A stretch of DNA of 62,417 bases, filler included, from Nemertoderma westbladi (Eukaryota; Animalia; Xenacoelomorpha): assembly GCA_032718475.1 (NCBI GenBank). It is 4 parts of 4 records of this genome, joined end to end, with 100 filler letters (N's around TTAATTAATTAA, not from the genome) between each part and the next. Parts side by side here need not be neighbours in the genome. Positions count along the whole stretch, not along the records: positions 1 to 17,932 come from JAUCBJ010004348.1; 3 more parts are not named here. One strand, 5' to 3'. How positions within the stretch are numbered: the first letter of the stretch is position 1; the number at the start of each line of letters is the position of its first letter. Shown here piece after piece: positions 1-10,163 of the stretch. The notes under the pieces were generated by a model that had not been told where the DNA came from, did no database searches, and worked only from the letters and a program-made list of their open reading frames with translations. The translations under genes and the position numbers were made by a program.

Positions 1-8
1 AACTGTAC

Positions 9-1440
9 CTTGGATAGATTAGGCCATATCAGCGGAGTTGGGCGTAAAGCGACTTCGTGTAAGCAATTATCGTTCTCGATAAAGTAATCCAAAGTAACGT
101 TAACAGCTGGTAGATAAACGCAATCACTAAACAAAGAAACAATATCGTTAACAGCTGGTAGATAAACGCAATCACTAAACAAAGAAACAATATCGTTAAC
201 AGCTGGTAGATAAACGCAATCACTAAACAAAAAAACAATATCGTTAACAGCTGGTAGATAAACACAATCACTAAACAAAAAAACAATATCGATAACAGCT
301 GGTAGATAAACGCAATCACTAAACAAAGAAACAATATCGTTAACAGCTGGTAGATAAACGCAATCACTAAACAAAGAAACAATATCGTTAACAGCTGGTA
401 GATAAACGCAATCACTAAACAAAAAAACAATATCGTTAACAGCTGGTAGATAAACACAATCAGTAAACAAAAAAACAATATCGTTAACAGCTGGTAGATA
501 AACGCAATCACTAAACAAAAAAACAATATCGATAACAGCTGGTAGACAAACGCAATCACTAAACAAAAAAACAATATCGTTAACAGCTGGTAGATAAACA
601 CAATCACTAAACAAAAAAACAATATCGTTAACAGCTGGTAGATAAACGCAATCACTAAACAAAAAAACAATATCGATAACAGCTGGTAGATAAACGCAAT
701 CACTAAACAAAAAAACAATATCGATAACAGCTGGTAGATAAACGCAATCACTAAACAAAAAAACAATATCGTTAACAGCTGGTAGATAAACGCAATCACT
801 AAACAAAGAAACAATATCGTTAACAGCTGGTAGATAAACGCAATCACTAAACAAAAAAACAATATCGATAACAGCTGGTAGATAAACGCAATCACTAAAC
901 AAAAAAACAATATCGATAACAGCTGGTAGATAAACGCAATCACTAAACAAAAAAACAATATCGATAACAGCTGGTAGATAAACGCAATCACTAAACAAAA
1001 AAACAATATCGTTAACAGCTGGTAGATAAACGCAATCACTAAACAAAAAAACAATATCGTTAACAGCTGGTAGATAAACACAATCACTAAACAAAAAAAC
1101 AATATCGTTAACAGCTGGTAGATAAACGCAATCACTAAACAAAAAAACAATATCGATAACAGCTGGTAGATAAACGCAATCACTGAACAAAAAAACAATA
1201 GCGATAACAGCTGGTAGATAAACACAATCACTAAACAAAAAAACAATATCGTTAACAGCTGGTAGATAAACACAATCACTAAACAAAAAAACTGGGGGTT
1301 GAACCAACGCTATACTGTATCGTAACAGTTTTTTTAAATTTTCAAGTATGTTTCCAGTTCCACGACTAATTACAACAAACTCGTTGAAGATGTAAAACTC
1401 GTGATAACCTATATAATAATTGAATCCTAAAGACTGGGTT
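9..1440 (-). CDS. Putative internal coding exon of an unidentified gene, containing ~25 in-frame copies of a 16-aa unit (DIVFLFSDCVYLPAVN)
   Basis: Minus frame open from acceptor ttgttgtatAG (1441-1442) to donor aag|GTacag (8). It reads TQSLGFNYYIGYHEFYIFNEF...QPPVFLFSDCVYLPAVN(repeat)VTLDYFIENDNCLHEVALRPTPLIWPNLSK. The phase-2 start matches the end of exon 2398-2553. Missing from the ORF track because the frame runs off the window end. Confidence 0.5.
98..1291. repeat. 48-bp minisatellite, ~25 copies
   Basis: Unit gttaacagctggtagataaacgcaatcactaaacaaaaaaacaatatc, with point variants and no frameshifting indels. Confidence 0.97.
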
Positions 1441-1509
1441 CTATACAACAAATATACAATTATGAAGTTTGATCCCCGACTTTGACAATCTGGTACAGAA
1501 ATATAATAT

Positions 1510-1858
1510 TCTAGATATCCCACTTTGCAGGACAATGCTTTCGCCGTGAGGAGCTAGGCTATGCACAGTCTTGTGCTTTGGCAGCCCGGTGGATAAATAA
1601 GCATGATGGATAAACCACATGACTTTTTTGAGACGTCTCTTAAATGACACTGGCCTTGGCCTTGAAGATACGGATAATCTCAGTAAGTCTGGGAGATAGT
1701 GTGGGGGTGGAATTTTGTCGATAAGCCGGTATGACATTCTTAATGGACGCTGCAGCATTGGAGAAGGGTGGGGGCAAAAATATTTTTGTTAAGCTGGCAT
1801 ATCATATCAATGTGGAGCTTCAATGCAGCAGGCCGATTATAGTAGTAGTTTAGTAGTA
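1510..1858 (+). mobile_element. Degenerate 3' fragment of the RTE-like LINE family
   Basis: Matches 30110-30355 (gccgtgag...ctttggcagc...gacactggccttgaagat...aagccgg...cattctt) and ends in a tagtagtag tail. Confidence 0.8.
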
Positions 1859-1933
1859 TAATATTCCAGAATTAACCTTAAACTAAAGTAATTGGTTGTC
1901 AGGGAAACAGCAACAGGGGCAACTTTAATTTTA

Positions 1934-2284
1934 GGCCCCCCTCACACGGAGCAACTTGTTTCTGAAACTTGTTGCTGGACCCCCTCACACACAGAAACTT
2001 GTTGCTCAAGAAAATAACAATTATTTCAAAACAAATCGCTAACATGTCCAGTCATTTATATGTAATATCAAATGACTCAATTTATCGAATATTAGCTAGT
2101 ATCAAAATGGAATGTAATAAAAGTTTTTCAAAAAGTTGCTGGGAATATAACTTCCAGCAACTTGTTGCTGGACCCCCTCACACACAGAAACAAGTTGCAG
2201 CAACAAGTTTCTGTGTGTGAGGGGGTCCAGCAACAAGTTTCATAAACAAGTTGCAGAAACAAGTTGCTCCGTGTGAGGGGGGCC
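1934..2284. mobile_element. PIF/Harbinger (Tourist-like) MITE
   Basis: TIRs ggcccccctcacacggagcaacttgtttctg / cagaaacaagttgctccgtgtgaggggggcc, TTA on both flanks (1931-1933, 2285-2287), internal subterminal repeats, no coding capacity. Confidence 0.88.
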
Positions 2285-2397
2285 TTATGTATTTGTTCTT
2301 TTCGAGTTTTACAATTATTAATTGTGTCATGGTATACATTTGTGATATAATGTATACTTTCATTGTTTAATATTAACACTTAAATATAAATACTCAC

Positions 2398-2553
2398 CGG
2401 CCAGGGTTTGTAGCCAACGGTCGCAATAGCAACGCCAACAATGATAAACTTAAATCTAAAGCCAAACTCCACGCGCGCAGTTCATCAGATGTCATTATAA
2501 TATCGCCAATACTTGCATCTCCCTTGACTTTCTTGATTCGTAAATATTCTTGC
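2398..2553 (-). CDS. Putative coding exon of the same unidentified gene as 9-1440
   Basis: cacAG acceptor and cg|GTGAGT donor. Only one frame is open (QEYLRIKKVKGDASIGDIIMTSDELRAWSLALDLSLSLLALLLRPLATNPGR), phase 2-2. Confidence 0.5.
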
Positions 2554-5181
2554 CTGTGTAAGCAACAATAAAGGTATTTTTATAACACTAGCATTGAATG
2601 GCAAATCATTCCAGTCGCAAATAATAACTGAATGTGACATTTTTGGGAGGTTCAAATGAGGTAAAACTAAAAAAGACAGAAATCAGGATATTTACGACCA
2701 AAAAATGTTTTTTGTTGTTGTTTGTTGGGGGGTGTTAAGCCCAGTTCACAGAAACAAGTCGCGGTCACAGTATTCAGTTATTATTTCAATAAAGGGAACA
2801 TATTTCGCGCCATAGCTGCAACGTTTTATGAAAATCTACCGGAAATATTTTTATTCTGTGGAAGTTATGTAAGTACTGTAAATACGCCCCAGTAAAATAC
2901 CAGTATTTAGCAGCGGTATCAACGATTTCATTCATCAAATATTTGTGTGCATTCTATGGTCAGGTGTCGGCTTGGGATAATTGGTAACATGGCTAATTGA
3001 TTGGTGCGATTACATTAGGTCCAAAAATTCCTCCTTATATGTGAGTGGGCCAAGGCAACACTAGCTCTGCTATAGCGGCGGCCCACCCACACTCCAAGGT
3101 ACCCAGCAGATTCTGTGGTATTGATTAGTTTGTTGTTTTTTTATATAAATTTTGAGGAAATAAATAAATTAAATTCAATTCAATTATAGGTTATTGATGC
3201 AAAAAGCATTTGACTAATTTTTTGCCATATTTTTACAAATTAATTATGTCTTTGCTCTCAGTTCTACCCCTTTTTCGAAGACTAACATGTCATATATTTT
3301 TGTTATAACCGGTAATCTTTAGTGTATAGCTGATTAGGTTTAGTGTTGCGATAAACACATGTGTGATGAGAATGTTGTAATTGTAATGTTGGTGTTCATT
3401 TGCAATACAGCCCCGCCCAACTGTCACCAATATGCTATCATTAGAATGAAAACAACATTAATAACCATAATTAATCTTACAATGTTTCAATCATTTTACA
3501 TACAAGATACAAGAGATTGAAATAAATGTCCAAGTTTATGATAAATATCGAATAATTTAGTAACGATTAAAATAATAAATACCAATGGGGAATGTCTGTT
3601 AATATGAGGCTTTATTGACTATAAACTAGTGACTAGTTGATAAATTTAGCAATATCATCACTTTCGTGATCAATAATGATCAATTGTTACTAACTCGTCT
3701 TACTCGAGTCACTCGTCTTTTTGTTTAATCATATTTTGTACTTGTGGCACAAAATGATGATCTAAGGAAAGGATCCAAGTTTCATTACCAACTTTTATCG
3801 TATCAATAGCAACTGGTAAAATTCAATGTGCGAAGTGCAGAAATGAGGTCGAATATTGGGAGTGTGAGTTTCAGTCATACGCTTGTACTGTGAGATACAC
3901 AGAACTGAGCTACCAGCTTGTAAGGTGAGGAGGATCAGAAATAATCTTGTGAGGAGCTTTCGTATTTCCTCTGGTGATTCGCGCATCACACATTCACCAT
4001 TTTTACTTTTATTTTGCAATGTGATATTAAAAAATGAAAAATGAGCTAAAAATGTGAGGTCCGAAATCAGCTTAAAAATGTTGAGGTTCGGATATGAGTT
4101 TGTATTTTGAGGTTCGGATATGAGTTTGTATTGTGAGGTTCGGAACTGAGCTTGTATTACATAGTCTTCCCAGTGCAGTTTTAAATAGTCTTATTGTTTA
4201 GTGTGGCACCTATAGTTTCACTTGAAGCCATTGCCATTGTCAGTCAATATTAAAGGATGTGACCAGTCACTACAATATGAACGAGAACGACAATACTGGT
4301 ATTCTATATGATAACTTTATGCTAGTGGATAGCGATACCTGACAGTGGATATCGGGCCTAAATAATTTACGAAATCCAACTTTTATAGTAAAATTGCATA
4401 TAAATATTGTATTTTTATAAAACTATTTTTTTAGCATAATCAATCGTTTCTATTTAAACCTTCTCAGTCCAGTAAATAAACTAAATTATCCATCTGCACA
4501 TTTATGTCAAATATTAGAAATAAAATTAAAAACTTTACTAAACGAATGGCCAATTTCATTAATTACGTATAATATAAGAATTAGAACAACAACTAAATAC
4601 AAAAATAATGATTCCTCAATTAAATAAATTAATATTAATAAAAAAAGATAACTTCAAGGCAAGATACAAATAAATCAGGTTTGATTGGATTATTTACATG
4701 GAATTATGTTAAGAGGTCCAGTTTGGTTTGTGAAACTAAAGGTAACTTTGTTTAAAAGTCGTTTAATCTGAATGCACGCCAATCAACTAGAAGCAGTACA
4801 GAAGATCAATGGAATTTCGGCATCAGTTTCTTACAATAGAAAATACAAACTTTACGCATCCGGATACATAATTATTAAGAATAATATACAATAACATAAT
4901 ATTATTAGCAAATCAAGCTTCGGCACTAATAAACCAAGAGGTATTACATTAAATAAATATAAATTTTATTAAAAGTGAGGCACTGTTGGTGTTTCGTGTA
5001 TGAATTTTTAATAAATAATAATTATTGTACGTCGCCTACTGTATACGAAAATAAATCAACTTTATTGATGTTTAGGTATATTTTCTATCCAAACGTGACT
5101 ACGTACTTATATAAGGGTATGAATTGTTTTTATGTTATTGAAATGACCACACGATAGTCATATGCCACTCTGGGTGAACAT

Positions 5182-5444
5182 CCAATGGGATAATCGACTA
5201 CCCAACCAGTACTGAATGGCCAACCAATGGGATCATCGACTCCCCATTCCGTACTGAGTGGCCAACCAATGGGATAATCGACTCCCCATTCCGTACTGAG
5301 TGGCCAACCAATGGGATAATCGACTACCCAACCAGTACTGAATGGCCAACCAATGGGATCATCGAATCCCCATTCCGTACTGAGTGGCCAACCAATGGGA
5401 TCATCGACTCCCCATCCCGTACTGAGTGGCTAACCAATGGGATC
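5182..5444. repeat. 42-bp tandem repeat (~6 copies) spanning the maspardin stop codon and 3' UTR
   Basis: Unit ccaatgggatcatcgactccccattccgtactgagtggccaa recurring at 5182, 5224, 5266, 5308, 5350, 5392 and 5434. Confidence 0.95.
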
Positions 5445-6375
5445 TCTGTGTCTCTATTGATTCCTCTTCCCCTGACCCCTCCTCTAGGGACCGCGGGGAT
5501 AGTGATCCGTCCTCTGTATCCATTGGCGACTCCGCGGAACCAAGAAACACCTTCATATGGATCTGTAGATGGAGATTCACCTCCTCGCTGCGACTAAGAT
5601 AGGGGAAGTTGCCACCGGACTTGAGATGCGCTCGTTTCGCATGCGGGAAGCACTTATAGATCTCGTCGCGGACAGGCTGGCTGATGGCGCATTCATCAAA
5701 CACATCGATTACGGTGATAGGGAAACCCCCGACGTGTTGGGGCTTCACGTACGAGTCGCAGCAGTTGAGACTGAGTCGCGAGGCTAGGTCCGATTGATTC
5801 AGACTGTTTAGTCTTTCCGACATGAACACAACACTGTCTACGATGTCACGGTCCCCGATTTCCGTGGAGAAGTTACCCATGATGAGTTTTTTGAGGAGGA
5901 ACCCGGGGATCACCCAGAAGCTCTTGGAGGCGTCGACTTGCCGGAAGACTGTGGTATCGGTGAACGCGTTGCAGAGAACCAAGGAGGCGACCCGCGGACG
6001 GAACGCGGTAAATTCCGCGAATTTTAAGGCTAAGAAACCGCCCAACGAGGCTCCGAATATGTGGACTTTATCGAGTCGAAGGTAGTCGATTAGTTTAAGG
6101 AAACTCTGACACCATTCGGTAACAGTCCAGGCGATCGGATGCTCCAGAGATATGACCCGGTACCCGCGGCTGCTGAGGCACATCAGCTGTTTAAAGAATA
6201 TATCGGCGGTGCCGCTAACCGGTGGCAGGAAGAGCAAAGGGGTTCGGATAGACTTGGGACCGGCGTCGTACAGTTTCCACACCTTTTCGTCGTCATCATC
6301 GACTATAACCTGTTTCTGAGGGATCGTACTTCGAAAACTTGAGTACTCCATGGTCAAGGATACATTAGATGCCAT
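5401..6375 (-). CDS. SPG21: Maspardin (alpha/beta-hydrolase fold), single-exon CDS
   Basis: Diagnostic motifs YSSFRSTIPQ, VWKLYDAGPKSIRTPLLFLPPVSGTADIFFKQ, VHIFGASLGGFLA, LASRLSLNC, AKRAHLKSGGNFPYLSRSEEVNLHLQIH. First ATG at 6375. Confidence 0.95.
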   Translation of the reverse strand: MASNVSLTMEYSSFRSTIPQKQVIVDDDDEKVWKLYDAGPKSIRTPLLFLPPVSGTADIFFKQLMCLSSRGYRVISLEHPIAWTVTEWCQSFLKLIDYLRLDKVHIFGASLGGFLALKFAEFTAFRPRVASLVLCNAFTDTTVFRQVDASKSFWVIPGFLLKKLIMGNFSTEIGDRDIVDSVVFMSERLNSLNQSDLASRLSLNCCDSYVKPQHVGGFPITVIDVFDECAISQPVRDEIYKCFPHAKRAHLKSGGNFPYLSRSEEVNLHLQIHMKVFLGSAESPMDTEDGSLSPRSLEEGSGEEESIETQRSHWLATQYGMGSR

Positions 6376-6894
6376 GGTTGGCCTATTACAGTACCGGTAC
6401 ACAGTATTAGTCAGTTAGCCTGATATTCCTGTATTCCGTTGTTAGCCGGTTAGTGTAACTATCGACGATCGCGGGTTCGGAATTACAATAATAACCGCAT
6501 TATACTAAGCGACAGACTGACAGACACCAAACAACCTGAAATAATCCTGAATCCGTCAGTTCGTTGTCTAGTCTTATGTTAAAACAATAAAACACTCGCA
6601 GTTCTGCAGTTCAGCAGTTAGATAGGCCCTACTGCCCTATATTTCTGTATTTTGCAATAACCAATACCCAGATACCAGGATAAATACCGGTAATGCCTGA
6701 ATGCTGTAATGCCTGAACAGCTGAATGCAGTAGCAGTAATGCAGTAATGAATATCCTGAAATCGGGCAGTCCAGCAGTTGCATCCATACAGCAGTGCCGA
6801 GACAAAAGAAATAGGTAAGGCCGCCGCGTTCACACTACCGAGTCAAAGTTAAAGCCAAAAGACAAATTCAAAAGAAAATAAATATAGCTAGCAT

Positions 6895-7530
6895 GCTGAA
6901 CGTGCAAGGATTCCAAATATGTAAAAATATTTGGATTTCGTTGAAAAATAGCTGAGATATGGGCGTTCGAAAGTTGGATGTATTTGCTTCCGCTGCAGGC
7001 CATTCATTCTATTTAATAAATACACCTTATTCTAGAACAGTTTGTTTATCTCATAAGTAGCTGGGCAACAATGCAATGCCTATAATAATAATACTATTAC
7101 ATGGATATTCATTCATAAAACGAAATGTTCTAGAACATGGTGTATTTAAATACAATAAATGGCCTGCAGAGGAAGCAAATACATGCAACTTTCGAATACC
7201 CATAAATCAGCTATTTCCCAACCAAATTCAAATAAGTTTACACTTTTGGAATCCTTGCAAGGTCAGCTTTCTATCAGTACCAACAAATCGCTATAAGGTT
7301 GAATAATAACTGCGGTGTAACTGGTGCAATATCGAAGGAAACACCTTTTTTAAACGCTTGTAGCTAAAGATTGAAAGCAAAAATAAAAATTCTGGCTCAC
7401 CCAGGAAGGAGGAGGAGGGATGTGAAACTATCTCGTTTCAAATTTCATGCAATCTCATTAATATTTGTAGAAAAATTAGAGGGGGGGGGGGGGGGGGGGT
7501 GTCACTGAATTACGACACTATATTCCAGGA
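6895..7530. mobile_element. Foldback-type non-autonomous DNA transposon remnant (palindrome ~6895-7268 plus arm)
   Basis: Imperfect inverted repeat (gcaaggattcca...gttcgaaagttg...ctgcaggccatt...ttctagaaca versus its complement). The arm recurs at ~26690-27000 (-) and 30524-30775 (+). Confidence 0.7.
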
Positions 7531-7542
7531 CATGATGTACGG

Positions 7543-8160
7543 TAAGAGCATTAAGACCAATCGTGCCAGTGGAGTAGATGGTGTCCCCCCTGAGGTCTTT
7601 AAAATACCTGAGTGTTTAAAGCTCATCTATCCCATCATAGTAGATATGTACCGAACAACAAGAGTCCCACAAGAAATGAAAACAAATAAGTTTGTGCCAG
7701 TTCCCAAGAAGGGCAACCTAACACTCTATGGTTCTCTTCGGCGAATCTCATTGATCTCGATTGCTGCAAAGCTATAAAATAGAATTCTATTAAATCGCTT
7801 CAGGGGATCCCATTGAGAGACTGCTCCGTGGAAATCGGAATGGGTTCCGTAAAGGTCGTGGGACCATGGAGCCCATTTTGGCACTTTTAAGGATAATTGA
7901 TGAGTTATCAAAAATTGGTTGACGTTTTCAAGGCCTTTTATTCAGTCTCTCGCTCACGTATGTACAGCATACTAAAGACAGCCATCTGGCTGTTATCTTT
8001 GTTGACTTTTTCAAGGCCTTTTATTCAGTCTCTCGCTCACGTACAGTAGTATGTTCAGCATATTTTCATTATTATGGGATTCCTGATGAAATTATTGCAG
8101 CAATCAGATCAGTATACGATGGTTCGACAACATCTACTGTTGACGGTGACCCAGAACCAT
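7543..8160 (+). mobile_element. RTE-like LINE RT fragment, degenerate
   Basis: Nearly identical to ~28818-29372 (KSIKTNRASGVDGVPPEVFKIPECLKLIYP...), with stops and indels. Confidence 0.92.
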
Positions 8161-9520
8161 TATTGTATAAAAAAATTACTCCCGAGTTATGATCCTTATT
8201 TATACACATAACTTATATAATCGATATTCCTATTATGAACTATATGAAAATAAAGAATATAACTTTACCCTCCATTTGACATCTATTTCTATTTTTGAAC
8301 AAAACCATATAATATCATTAATTACAGTTGCAGTAACAGCTCTACTCCAATTCATTTAATCAACAACGTTCTTAGTTGATTATTATCAATGGTGGTCAAT
8401 CTTCCATTAACATTAAAAGTCATGTATTTGGTCTTGGTACTAGCATTTATATATGCAATTCAAACCTCGTTGTGTATTAGAAAGCAGGACGATGTCATCC
8501 GCAAGATCAGTGTCTGTGACTGTATGAGCGGAATACCTTCTACATACTTGAGAAATATTTGTTTTTAGGTAATCTGATTGAAGATAACGCAATTATTAAA
8601 AGCAACGTCAAATTATTTTATTTATTTGATTATTTATATATTTATAATATTTGATTATTAACTGTATTACAATTTATTCTATATGTAAATATATAATAGG
8701 TCCCCTTCCCCTTGATTTAATACCGTAAAAATTACAGAAATTATATTTGCTGTATTCGTATTCTTGTTGTTTGAACTCAAGGTTAAGATCGTCACCAGTT
8801 CTGGCTGTGCTCATTGCTTAACCACAATACAATAATAGTAATGGTGTCCCCATGTAGCACACCATTGAGAAGTACTTAGTTTCACAATCTTGCGATAGTA
8901 CTTCTGTGTCACAATAAAACACTGCAATGCTTCCAAATAATATTCATGTTATTCCATAACTTCTTAGATTTACAGCATTTTACCTCTATGACTATGGAGT
9001 CTAATACAGTATGATATTAGCATTTCATTACAATGTTAAACTATATATTTATAGTGGTTCGAACGTTTTAAGGTGGAACAGGGAAATTTACCATGGAGAC
9101 TGCACCAGATGTAACTAACACAAGTCAAACAATTACAAGCGCTGTAATCAAATATAACTCATCGTAAGGCACCATCCCATCATGCAACCATTTCAAACGG
9201 TTCAACACATGGCAGCATCATAATTTACTGACATTGTCATTGCAATAGTAGCATTAGTTAGTAACTTAATGCAAAGTAATGGTCTGGCTCAAGTTCGATT
9301 CAATACCACGATTCGTTATGCTTCGTTTTATTTTAAATTTATTTAAATCATTTTACTTTTATTTATTTATTTATTTTAAAGATACTCCAAAATATTTAGA
9401 ATAAAATCAAGGCCGTGAATGAAATTCATAAATTCAATAGTAGGATTATACAGAGTCTATAGTCTATATAAGTCATACATCTTCCTACACAGCAACTAAA
9501 CACACAACAAAAAACGTAAT

Positions 9521-9599
9521 GTCGCTGTGTCCGAGTGGATACAGCGCCTTCTTTCACAATAGTGTTTTGCGGCGTAGGTTCAAATCCGACTAAAGGCTA
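9521..9599 (+). pseudogene. Degenerate tRNA(Leu/Ser)-like sequence or SINE head
   Basis: A-box-like tgtccgagtgg and B-box ggttcaaatcc at tRNA-like spacing. Acceptor and anticodon stems pair poorly. Confidence 0.5.
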
Positions 9600-10163
9600 T
9601 AGAAATTTCGACGTACAAAATTTCAGCAAACCCAGGGGTAAAATGGGAAACTGGCTTCCGTTGGGGGGAGTAATAATGAATTGGTTAGATAGTTATTTAT
9701 GGAGTATGTAGGTTGTTCTACCAGCTAGGATACGGCGCTGTCTGATGGTGAGGTCACTGAGGTCAGCGTCAGGAGGTAGGTAGGTGGTGGTACCTGGGTA
9801 CCCTGAATTATTCGACTTATCAGCTGACAGTACTGCAGTACAGCAGTAGCACAGTTCCACAGTAGCACTACCGGTTAATCAGTTAATTGTTTATCATATA
9901 GTCAGGATCGACATCGGAATGCTGCAAAGAAAGGAGTCCTGGGTTTTTTATTTGAATTAACATCGACAATTTAAGATGATTAATTTTTAAAATGCCGGTA
10001 CAGGCAGACAGCAGACAGGTACTAAAACTTGATTGGAAATATAGTCAGATAGTTCAAGTTCAGTAGGCCTAGTCTGGCAGTTCTCTTCCTCTAGATAAAT
10101 TGCTAGCAGGCTATAGGCTAGTGCTAACAAGTGACAAGAGAGCAACGAGATACAGACAGATCG

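Noticed and set aside
29-1279. 416-aa hydrophobic ORF in the track
   Set aside because: Alternative frame of the 48-bp repeat, starting at a GTG inside the array. The neighbouring frame fits splice sites and flanks better.
5569-6342. Short + strand ORFs opposite maspardin (likewise those overlapping SLC5, the RT and the pLGIC)
   Set aside because: Shadow or alternative frames of real coding sequence, with no motifs.
9521-9599. Functional tRNA gene (also 21631-21706 and 35250-35325)
   Set aside because: A and B boxes are present but cloverleaf stems are broken, so these are better explained as SINE heads or pseudogenes.
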